Shown here: positions 29,129-36,973 of the stretch, one piece after another
Layout: every line of letters starts with the position of its first letter
Position numbering within the stretch: the stretch's first letter is position 1
NCBI GenBank assembly: GCA_051418015.1
Contig: JBPRGF010000033.1
Location: 32,001 to 96,000 of the forward strand
DNA from: Candidatus Nitrospinota bacterium M3_3B_026
GTDB taxonomy: Bacteria; Nitrospinota_A; UBA7883; JBPRGF01
Direction of reading: 5' to 3'
Length of the DNA: 64,000 nucleotides
Position numbers and translations under genes: made by a program
The notes under the pieces: generated by a model
Databases searched by the model: none
Told to the model about the DNA's origin: nothing
The model's input: the letters and a program-made list of their open reading frames with translations, nothing else

Positions 29129-29626
29129 ATGAGCCGGAAAGACAGATTCGAGCGATACGTGGCGCCGCATTCCGAAAGGCTTTTCCTGTCCGCCCTGCGC
29201 CTTACCGGGAACAGTTTTGACGCGGAGGACCTGATGCAGGATACCCTGTACAGGGCCTACAAGAACATCGACAAGCTCAAAGACCCCGTCAATCCCGCGG
29301 GCTGGCTTTTCACGATAATGAAAAACGTCCATCTGAACGATATCAGGGCGAGCCGCCGCCGCGAGGCGCCACTTTACAACGAGGAGCGGGTGGCGATGAT
29401 ACCTGACACCGCCGCTGGGGACCCCGTGGACGAGATGTCGGACGCGCTGGGAGCCCTGCCCGATGAGGCAAGGGCGATACTCGTGGCGCGGGAGGTTCAA
29501 GGGCTTGATTATAATGAGATAGCCGAAAGTTTTGGCCTGCCCCTCGGCACGGTGAAAAGCAGGATCAAGAGAGCGCGGGAGAAGCTGCGGGAAATCTGGC
29601 TGGAGACGGCGAAAAAAAGGGGCTGA
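29129..29626 (+). CDS. ECF (sigma-24 family) RNA polymerase sigma factor
   Basis: DAEDLMQDT, WLFTI, Y.EIAE..GLPLGTVKSRIKRAR; start 29129 or 29090. Confidence 0.92.
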   Translation: MSRKDRFERYVAPHSERLFLSALRLTGNSFDAEDLMQDTLYRAYKNIDKLKDPVNPAGWLFTIMKNVHLNDIRASRRREAPLYNEERVAMIPDTAAGDPVDEMSDALGALPDEARAILVAREVQGLDYNEIAESFGLPLGTVKSRIKRAREKLREIWLETAKKRG

Positions 29627-29630
29627 CAGC

Positions 29631-29657
29631 GGAACTTTTCGCCTGCTTGGGGTGTTT
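29631..29657 (+). promoter_or_regulatory. Putative ECF-sigma promoter upstream of the anti-sigma gene
   Basis: GGAACTT followed by TGTT with GGAAC-N17 spacing, the typical AAC/GTT ECF promoter layout. Confidence 0.45.
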
Positions 29658-29681
29658 TATAGTGCAAAAGGGCATTGAAAA

Positions 29682-30485
29682 ATGAGTTGCGTGGAATTCA
29701 GGGAGCTATTGTGGGATTTCTCCTCCGGGGCGCTTCCGGGGGACGAGGCCCGGCGGGTGGAGGAGCATGTCTCTGGCTGTCCCTCCTGCGCCGGGGAGCT
29801 TGAGTTCGTAGGGGAGATGAGGTCGAATCTTGCCGTCTCCCCGGGCGCCGAGGCGCGGGAGGGCGCCCACCGCGCCCTTGCCAGAGCGCGCGCGAGGATA
29901 GAAGAAGACGAAAGGCGGGCCGCCGGAGCCTGGGCTTTTTCGGGCTTTCCGGTCTTCAAGCCGCTTGTGGGGGCGTTCGCCGCCGCGGCGGTCCTTGCCC
30001 TGGCGATCATCGCCGTATGGCCCGGGCGGACGGCGGCCGTCGGCCTGGACGCGATGATATCCCAGCACCTGGTCTGCATCATCAAGGGCCACCACGCCAA
30101 CTACGAGTGCGACACCGAAGCGGAGTTTGTGGAGATGGCCCTGGCCGAGATCGGCGCCGCGCCGGTTCCCTTCAGCGCGGTTCCCGGCTCCTTCATAAAG
30201 GGCGACATGTGCAGGATAGACAGCACAAACGCCGCCCACGCCCTGTTCGACGCGGACGGTGATATAGTCTCCTATTTCCAGTTCAAAGACGCCTCGGGAG
30301 GGCTGATGAAAGGCGAGGCCGTGAAAAAGATCGGGGCGGGCGCGTGGAGGTACTCCTCCAGGGGGCACGAGATGATAATAGTGAAAGAAGACGGCGGCGT
30401 ATATTCCGTCTACACCTCCCGCATGGCGTTCCCGGAGCTATTGGGCTTCGTGGAGAGCGCAAGGCGCCCGGCGCCGCGGACATGA
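29682..30485 (+). CDS. Zinc-binding (ZAS/zf-HC2) transmembrane anti-sigma factor
   Basis: N-terminal Cys, HVSGCPSC motif, one TM helix, periplasmic C-terminal domain; directly after the ECF sigma. Confidence 0.88.
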   Translation: MSCVEFRELLWDFSSGALPGDEARRVEEHVSGCPSCAGELEFVGEMRSNLAVSPGAEAREGAHRALARARARIEEDERRAAGAWAFSGFPVFKPLVGAFAAAAVLALAIIAVWPGRTAAVGLDAMISQHLVCIIKGHHANYECDTEAEFVEMALAEIGAAPVPFSAVPGSFIKGDMCRIDSTNAAHALFDADGDIVSYFQFKDASGGLMKGEAVKKIGAGAWRYSSRGHEMIIVKEDGGVYSVYTSRMAFPELLGFVESARRPAPRT

Positions 30486-30795
30486 TATCAGCCCGTCACG
30501 GAAAAACACCCGGATCAGACCTCCGTTGATTTGGGGGCGAACGTTTCAGATAAATCCTGCGCAGCGCTCAGGACGATTGCCTGCGCATATGTTCTTTTCG
30601 TTATGCGATCTTTGATATGGATGAGCGGATTTGATCCGAAACGCTGACAAAAGAGAAAAGGAGTGAAATACATGCAGGTGGTCTTCGAAGTCAATCCTCC
30701 ATCTGCTGTAAAGAAAGAAAAGAATCATTTTTTTTCATATCCCGCTGCGAGAGGGGAACGCTTGACGAAGTTCTAAGGGAATGCGGCTTAACGTC

Positions 30796-32322
30796 TCATC
30801 CCAGCTTGTGAATGCCCACTCCAAAGGGGATGTCCGAAGGCGCGAGCGGCGGGACTGATCCGGCGCCGATCCTCTCGAGCAGGGCGCGCCCGGAAGCTCC
30901 GGCGGCAAGGCCGGGGGTGAACGCGGTGTAAAGGGTCCTGCCGGGCGTCTCTTTTACCACCTTTCCATCCTTTGCGATAAGCTCCCCATTTTTGATCACC
31001 CACGCGGGGCGGGAGAACATCCGCTCGTAGTCATCATCCTTTTTGTATATGGCGACGTCCGCGTCCGCTCCAACGGCCAGCGTCCCCTTGCCAGAGAGGC
31101 CCAGCCTGCGCGCGGGGGCGGCTCGTGTTATGACGGTGATCTCGTACAGGGTGTATTCCCTGCTTATCTCCCGCAACGCCGAGTGTTCCATCGCCTCCGG
31201 GTGTATCCTCGCAAGCTCCTCGCGCCGGAAGGCTGCGTCCATCAGCAACCGCACGATGTAGGGGTACGCCGTAAACGGCCCGCCGTTGGGATGATCGGTC
31301 GAAAGGGTCACTTGCCACGGGTTCTCCGTCAGCAGCGCAAGCTCCAGCCCGGCGGCCCACTGGACGCTGTTCACCCGGGACTCGCGCCTGTAATGGTATG
31401 GCGTGGTGAAATAGAACATCTCCCCCGGCTCCGCGCCATTCTCCTTATCCGCCAGGCCGGTTATTCCCCGCAGCCGCCGGGCCAGCCTCTCGTCGGTGGT
31501 GACCGTGCTGGCCGGCTCGAAGACGACCTGCCCGATGTCGAATGTCACGCTCGGGTTGTCGTTCACCGCCCGCGCCACCTGCGCCGCCTCGGAGGAAAAA
31601 TCCTCCCCATAGAGGTAGAACTGCAGGTGGGCAAGGTGCGCATGGCGGCCTTCGAGAGCTTTTATGGTGTCCAGGGCGGTCTTGAAATTTCCCGGCAGGC
31701 CGATGTTGTTCATGTGCAGGTGGAGAGGGTGGGGCAGCCCGGCCTCCGCCACGGCTTCCGCCGCGCCCGTGATGATCCTCCTCGGAGACAGGCCGAACCC
31801 GCTCAAAGGCTCGTCCAGGCCGTGGAAGGCGTGGACGCCGCCGGGCAGGTACTCCCCGCCGGGGTTCGAAAGCTTCAGGGAAAGGGCTCCTGACGCGGCG
31901 ACGATCAGCGACGCCAGTTCGGCCGCCTCGCGCCGTCCATCCTCCTCCAGCGCCTTCAGGGCGAACGGGGCGTCAGGGAGAATAGCCAGCAGCGCCTTGT
32001 CCACCTGGGGAATCAGCGAGGCCGTCTCGTGGGCGCGGCGGGCGAGCGCTGGATGAACGGCGGGATCCACCACCGTCGTGTAGCCCATGGCGCCATATGA
32101 AAGGCCCGCCCCCCGCGCCATGGCGGCCACAGGTGGCGCCACGAGGTGGGTGTGAATATCCACGCCCGCTGGCATGACCACGTGGCCGCGCGCGTCTATC
32201 ACCTCGGCGCCGTCCCCCGCGTTCGCGGCGATTTTCCCTTCCCGGACGTGGACCGTCCGCCGGGCGCCGTCCTCTCCCGCGGCGGGGTCGATCACCTCGC
32301 CGTTTTCTATCCGCAAGCTCAT
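30796..32322 (-). CDS. Formylmethanofuran dehydrogenase subunit A / FhcA family amidohydrolase
   Basis: MPAGVDIHTH, GYTT, KLSNPGG, HPLHLHMNNIGLPGN, HLAHLQFY, STDHPNGGPFTAYP, REYTLYEI..ITRAAPA; start 32322 or 32361. Confidence 0.88.
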   Translation of the reverse strand: MSLRIENGEVIDPAAGEDGARRTVHVREGKIAANAGDGAEVIDARGHVVMPAGVDIHTHLVAPPVAAMARGAGLSYGAMGYTTVVDPAVHPALARRAHETASLIPQVDKALLAILPDAPFALKALEEDGRREAAELASLIVAASGALSLKLSNPGGEYLPGGVHAFHGLDEPLSGFGLSPRRIITGAAEAVAEAGLPHPLHLHMNNIGLPGNFKTALDTIKALEGRHAHLAHLQFYLYGEDFSSEAAQVARAVNDNPSVTFDIGQVVFEPASTVTTDERLARRLRGITGLADKENGAEPGEMFYFTTPYHYRRESRVNSVQWAAGLELALLTENPWQVTLSTDHPNGGPFTAYPYIVRLLMDAAFRREELARIHPEAMEHSALREISREYTLYEITVITRAAPARRLGLSGKGTLAVGADADVAIYKKDDDYERMFSRPAWVIKNGELIAKDGKVVKETPGRTLYTAFTPGLAAGASGRALLERIGAGSVPPLAPSDIPFGVGIHKLG

Positions 32323-32378
32323 GGGATCATGATAGTACTTCAGGCGGGGATTTTTCGGCATACGCCCCAGGCGCGGTC

Positions 32379-32415
32379 AAAAAAAACGGGCCGGACATGA
32401 AAGATATCCGGCCCG
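32379..32415 (-). terminator. Rho-independent terminator after the 32440 gene
   Basis: 9-bp stem CGGGCCGGA/TCCGGCCCG followed on the minus strand by T8. Confidence 0.8.
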
Positions 32416-32439
32416 CTTGAGCGGCTGGAAGGGGCTTGA

Positions 32440-33024
32440 TCAGAAAAGAGGATGTATGGGTTTATCGAACCCGAACCTTTTCATCTCCTTCCCGGCCGTT
32501 CCGATAAGCCGCCACGCTCCGTTTTCCCGCGCCAGCACGTGGTCGTTGTTTATCCAGTGGTCCAGCGCTATGGAATAGGCGTCGCTCTCGCCTTTCGGCG
32601 TGCCCATGAGAATCCCGCTGCAGCGGATGATCACCGCCGGGCTCTCGTTCGACGAGGTCAGAAACCGCATGTTATGCTTGGTGTAAAGCCTGTCGAACCG
32701 TTCGAAGACCGATCTCCACACGCGCTCGATGGATTCTTTCGTGTGGGGGCCGTTGGCGTAACTTTCGGAGTAGAGGCTCATCAGGGCGTCGATGTCCTTG
32801 TCCCGGATGGACTGCTCGGCTTTATGGAAAAAATCGATCAGCTTCCCGGCCACCTTCTCGCCAACCAAGTCCTTGGACTTCTGATCGAAAAATACGTATG
32901 GATACTCGCGTGAGCCCGCCTCGGCCCATGTGGGCGACAAGGCCCCTCCGACGGCCAGGGCTCCAAGCAGGGCAAGGAAAGCCATGGACGATTTGGATAT
33001 GGCCGATATGGTTTTTACTAGCAT
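32440..33024 (-). CDS. Exported hypothetical protein, possibly NTF2/SnoaL-like fold
   Basis: Signal peptide ending AEA; DIDALMSLYSESY...LARENGAWRL pattern; start likely ATG 33024. Confidence 0.65.
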   Translation of the reverse strand: MLVKTISAISKSSMAFLALLGALAVGGALSPTWAEAGSREYPYVFFDQKSKDLVGEKVAGKLIDFFHKAEQSIRDKDIDALMSLYSESYANGPHTKESIERVWRSVFERFDRLYTKHNMRFLTSSNESPAVIIRCSGILMGTPKGESDAYSIALDHWINNDHVLARENGAWRLIGTAGKEMKRFGFDKPIHPLF

Positions 33025-33104
33025 GATGTTGTCCCCGAATATAAAGTTGTTCTCCGGAATCCCCCGGCCAGGGCCGCTCCCGAAGGAGCGGAAGAGGGCC
33101 TCCG

Positions 33105-33251
33105 TCAGGCGGCCTTCCTCCACTCGGGAGCCTCGGCCGGCGCCGCTTCGATGAGTTTCTCCCTGGCGCCCGGAGCCGGAACGCTCGTCACGAAATAAGC
33201 AAGCCAGGCGGCAAAAACAATCGCCGCCACGATGAATATCAAGGTCTCCAT
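33105..33251 (-). CDS. Small (48 aa) single-TM protein
   Basis: GGGAGG RBS, then METLIFIVAAIVFAAWLAYFVTSVPAPG... Confidence 0.55.
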   Translation of the reverse strand: METLIFIVAAIVFAAWLAYFVTSVPAPGAREKLIEAAPAEAPEWRKAA

Positions 33252-33456
33252 AACCACCTCCCGCTCCTGTTTGAATCCAGGCAGCTGTCGTAAGGTTTTC
33301 TCGATTTCTATACTCATTCTAAAGCAATCCTTGCGCCAAACTAATTGCTTGAAAAATAAAGATATATATAAAGCCCGCCGGGGAGTATCAGACAAAAATG
33401 TCAGGCGTGAGACATTTTCGGGGGTAAAGTGGGATTTGTCCGTGTGTTAATAAAGT

Positions 33457-35379
33457 TTATCCGCGCCTCGGGCGGCCGGCAAGCACGCGCCTGCCCTTGT
33501 CGTCTGTTCTTTTCGTAAGCCCCTGCGCGTCGAAGTGCTCCAGCAGCTCGATGGCGGTCTTCCTGCCGGCGCCAAGCAGGTCGCGGTACCTTCCCGTCTC
33601 CACGTGTCCGGCTCTTTCGATTTCGTCCATGAGCGCTTTTTTCGCCTTCTCCAGCGTCTCCCTGCTCAGGGCGAAGCCCGGCGCGATGTAGACGAGGTCT
33701 CCCGCCTGGACGAGTGCCCGGATCATCTTCGCCGTCTCGTCCCTCTTCATCCCGGTGAGTTTTTCCAGCGCGCCGGTTTTGGGAGGGTTGAGCCCGTTTT
33801 CCTCGAAAATGGCGAGGATTTTACGCCTGGCCTCCTCGTCGGCGCCGATGAACGCGGCGGCCCTGCCGGGCAGTTTCACGATGGAGCCTTCACGCTCGAT
33901 CCGCCCCAGCCCCTCAACCCGGCGGACCCATCGGGCCGCGACGGCCTCGTCCATGCCTCTCATGGCGGTTTTCACGAGGTAGGACTCCTCCACTCCGGCG
34001 AGGGAAGGATGTTTCCCGTGAAACATTTTCACCTCCCCGGCGACAAGCTCCACGAGCCTTTTCTCCTCGGCGATGGTATAGGCGAGGCGTTCCCCCTTCA
34101 GCTCGAAAGTCCTTATCCCTCCGTTCTTTTCGAGGATGGAGTCGATCCGCATCTCGGGGAGGTTGAAGACGGCGGTGATTTCCTTCAGCGGCCTGCCCCA
34201 TGGCTTTTGACCGACGAACGCCGCGACGCCGGTCTCCAGGTTTTTCAGCTCCTCCCATTTTTTCATCTTCGACTTAAGCCCCCGCCGCCCCATCGGCCCT
34301 CCGCCAGGCTCCAGGACAACCCCGCCTCCCAGGGTGTGGCTGGCCGAGGAGGAGCGCAGGATGAACCTGTCGCCGTGGAGGATGTTCAGGGGCTCGCCGA
34401 AGCGGACCTGGGCCACGGCGCTCTCTCCCGGCTTCAGGCTTTTGTCGGAGGCCAGGTAGACGCGGCAGAGCGTTTCGGCCGTGTTGATATGCAGCATGTA
34501 CGTCCTGCCGTGGGCTATGGTGAAAGGCGACGAGCGGTGACAGGAAAGGCTGGCGGTGAAGATGGCGCTCTCCGTGGCGATGGCCGCGTCGACCACCGTC
34601 ATCCCGCGGCTGATCCGCGCCTTCTCCGGCCCGGCGAGGTTCAGGGCGGTCCTGACCCCCGCCGCGGCGTTTTGGGCCGGCTCGCCGTGGTTCTGTATCC
34701 CCCGGACGCGCCCCTTAAGGCCGCCGGGGACTATCACCAGCCTGTCGTCCACTTTCGCCCTGCCGCTTAAGACCGTCCCCGTCACCACGACGCCGTGACC
34801 CTTTATGGTGAAGACGCGGTCGATCGGCAGCCTGAAGAAGGCGTCGGTGTTTTTCGGCGGCGTGGCCAGGGCGAGCCTTTCAAGCTCCGCGGCCAGCTCT
34901 TCGAGCCCCTCCCCCGTGACGGACGAGCAGGGGATTATCCTGGCGCCTTTCAGGGAGGATTTTTCGATAAGCTCCGCCACATCCACGAGGGCAAGCTCCA
35001 GCGTCTCCTCGTCCACGAGGTCGATCTTCGTCAGGGCGACGACGCCCCTTGGCGCCCCCAGTGTCTCCATGATCGCAAGATGCTCCACCGTCTGCGGCAT
35101 GACCCCGTCGTCGGCGGCCACGACGAGCAGGGCCACGTCTATCCCCGCCGCCCCGGCCACCATGTTGTGGACGAACCGCTGATGGCCCGGGACGTCCACC
35201 ACGCCGACGCTCGCGCCGCCGGGGAGTTCCAGTTTCGCGAAGCCGATATCGATGGTGATGCCGCGGCGCTTTTCCTCCTTGAGTCTGTCCAGGCTGGCCC
35301 CGGCGAGGGCTTCGATGAGCCTCGTCTTGCCGTGGTCGATGTGCCCGGCGGCGCCTATGACGCAGCTTAGAAGAGACAC
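33457..35379 (-). CDS. selB: Selenocysteine-specific translation elongation factor
   Basis: GHIDHGKT, RGITIDIGF, DVPGH, TKID, PIDRVF; long C-terminal extension with winged-helix end RKTAIELLEHFD. Confidence 0.93.
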   Translation of the reverse strand: MSLLSCVIGAAGHIDHGKTRLIEALAGASLDRLKEEKRRGITIDIGFAKLELPGGASVGVVDVPGHQRFVHNMVAGAAGIDVALLVVAADDGVMPQTVEHLAIMETLGAPRGVVALTKIDLVDEETLELALVDVAELIEKSSLKGARIIPCSSVTGEGLEELAAELERLALATPPKNTDAFFRLPIDRVFTIKGHGVVVTGTVLSGRAKVDDRLVIVPGGLKGRVRGIQNHGEPAQNAAAGVRTALNLAGPEKARISRGMTVVDAAIATESAIFTASLSCHRSSPFTIAHGRTYMLHINTAETLCRVYLASDKSLKPGESAVAQVRFGEPLNILHGDRFILRSSSASHTLGGGVVLEPGGGPMGRRGLKSKMKKWEELKNLETGVAAFVGQKPWGRPLKEITAVFNLPEMRIDSILEKNGGIRTFELKGERLAYTIAEEKRLVELVAGEVKMFHGKHPSLAGVEESYLVKTAMRGMDEAVAARWVRRVEGLGRIEREGSIVKLPGRAAAFIGADEEARRKILAIFEENGLNPPKTGALEKLTGMKRDETAKMIRALVQAGDLVYIAPGFALSRETLEKAKKALMDEIERAGHVETGRYRDLLGAGRKTAIELLEHFDAQGLTKRTDDKGRRVLAGRPRRG

Positions 35380-35400
35380 GGCGTCAGGCGCGGCGGCGCG

Positions 35401-36357
35401 TCACTTCAGCCATCCGCGCTCCCTGTAATACTTTTCGGCGCCGGGGTGGAGCGGGGCGGAGAGCCCTTCCAGCATCTTTTGCGGCTCCAGGCCCCCAAGG
35501 GCGGAATGGGTTTTTCTGAACTTATCGAAATTCTCGAAGACGGCTTTCACGACGTTGTAGACGACATCACCGGGAAGGGCCGTGGTGGCAAGGAGCGTGG
35601 CCCTCACGGCGAAGGTCTCCACGGGCTCGGCGACGCCCGGGTAGACGCCGCCGGGTATCCGCGTCCGGACGTAATAGGGCCTGCCCGCCGTCAACGCTTC
35701 GAGGGTCGCTCCATCCACGGGGACAAGGGTTATGGAGGCGGAGGAGGCCACGTCCATGATGTTGGCCGATCCCACGCCGACGGTGTAGCAGTAGGCGTCG
35801 ATCCTGCCGTCGCGAAGGTAGTTCGGCGCCTCGGTGGCGTTCAGATTCTGGGCGCTGATGTCGCCGAGCCCCAGGGGCGCCACGCTGAACAGCGCCGCGG
35901 CGCTCGATCGCTGGCCGGAGCCGGGGTTGCCTATGTTCACCCGTTTTCCCTTGAGGCCGGCGAGCGTCTCGATCCCGGCGTCCTTCCTGGCCACGATGTG
36001 AAAAGGCTCCTCGTGCAGGCTGAAGAGCGACCGCAGGTTTTCAACCTTCCGGCCCTTGTATTCCCCGGCGCCATGGTAGGCCCTGTGGGCCACGTCGGAC
36101 TGGACGAGGCCCATGTCCAGCTCGCCCACGGACATGGAGTTTACGTTGTAAGTCGAGCCGCCGGTGCTCTCCACGGTGGCGCGGATTCCGTTCTCATCGC
36201 TTTTTTCGTTCACTATCTTCGCGATGGCCCCGGCGGCGGGATAATAAATTCCGGTAACGCCTCCAGCCCCGATGGTGAGGTATCGCCTGGCGGCGGCTTC
36301 GTCCGGGAGGGCCGCCGCCAGCGCCAGAGCCGCCAGCGTAATGTGAAAAATTTTCAT
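35401..36357 (-). CDS. TAXI-family TRAP transporter solute-binding protein
   Basis: G..GIYY, STGGS, LVQSD, GKRVNIGNPGSG, APLHPGAEKYY. Confidence 0.92.
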   Translation of the reverse strand: MKIFHITLAALALAAALPDEAAARRYLTIGAGGVTGIYYPAAGAIAKIVNEKSDENGIRATVESTGGSTYNVNSMSVGELDMGLVQSDVAHRAYHGAGEYKGRKVENLRSLFSLHEEPFHIVARKDAGIETLAGLKGKRVNIGNPGSGQRSSAAALFSVAPLGLGDISAQNLNATEAPNYLRDGRIDAYCYTVGVGSANIMDVASSASITLVPVDGATLEALTAGRPYYVRTRIPGGVYPGVAEPVETFAVRATLLATTALPGDVVYNVVKAVFENFDKFRKTHSALGGLEPQKMLEGLSAPLHPGAEKYYRERGWLK

Positions 36358-36406
36358 GAAAAAAACCTCCGATAATTGGCGAAACGGATGGCGTTCTCTC
36401 TCAGGG

Positions 36407-36895
36407 TCAGTCGATCATGTAATGCGAAAGCCTGTCCCACGAAAGGCCGAAGAGAATCAGCACAAGCCCCGCCCAGCCGGAGGACGACCAGTTCAGCCAG
36501 AATTGCAAAAGCTTCATATGCTCATATACCCCGCCTTCCCCCAGCTCGTAGGGGGGAGCCCCGCGAGGAGCGAAGGTGCCCGGATCGGTCAAAATCATCA
36601 GGCCGCCCGCGATGACGCAGACAAGCCCCACCAGGTCCCTGTGCCCGCTCATCCAGACCAGGAGAGGGGATTGGCGCGTCCGGCCGCTCATTATCGGCGC
36701 CACCTCGAAGACGCGGCTGGAGTCCTCGCGCAGCACCTGTCTTATAACGTCGCGGCGAGCCGCCTCCCAGTCCTCGTCGGAGATCACCCCGTCGCCGTCC
36801 CTGTCGTATTTCGCGAGCAGGGTGGGTTTGGACTTCAGGGCGCGCAGCTTGGCTATAACCAGCTTTTTCTGTCTGTCATTGAGCCTTCTTTCCAT
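36407..36895 (-). CDS. Hypothetical membrane protein with EF-hand-like loop
   Basis: DRDGDGVISDED loop; two hydrophobic segments. Confidence 0.6.
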   Translation of the reverse strand: MERRLNDRQKKLVIAKLRALKSKPTLLAKYDRDGDGVISDEDWEAARRDVIRQVLREDSSRVFEVAPIMSGRTRQSPLLVWMSGHRDLVGLVCVIAGGLMILTDPGTFAPRGAPPYELGEGGVYEHMKLLQFWLNWSSSGWAGLVLILFGLSWDRLSHYMID

Positions 36896-36973
36896 GGGTC
36901 AAATTTATCACAAATCCACGCCGGGGAGGGAAGGTATGAAAAACATAACATGCCATGGAGATGACCCGCGCGC

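Noticed and set aside
30796..32361. Evidence for methanogenesis or an archaeal origin of the window
   Set aside because: Single subunit only; surrounding genes (TolC, lipoproteins, ECF sigma, bacterial-type SelB) are Gram-negative bacterial
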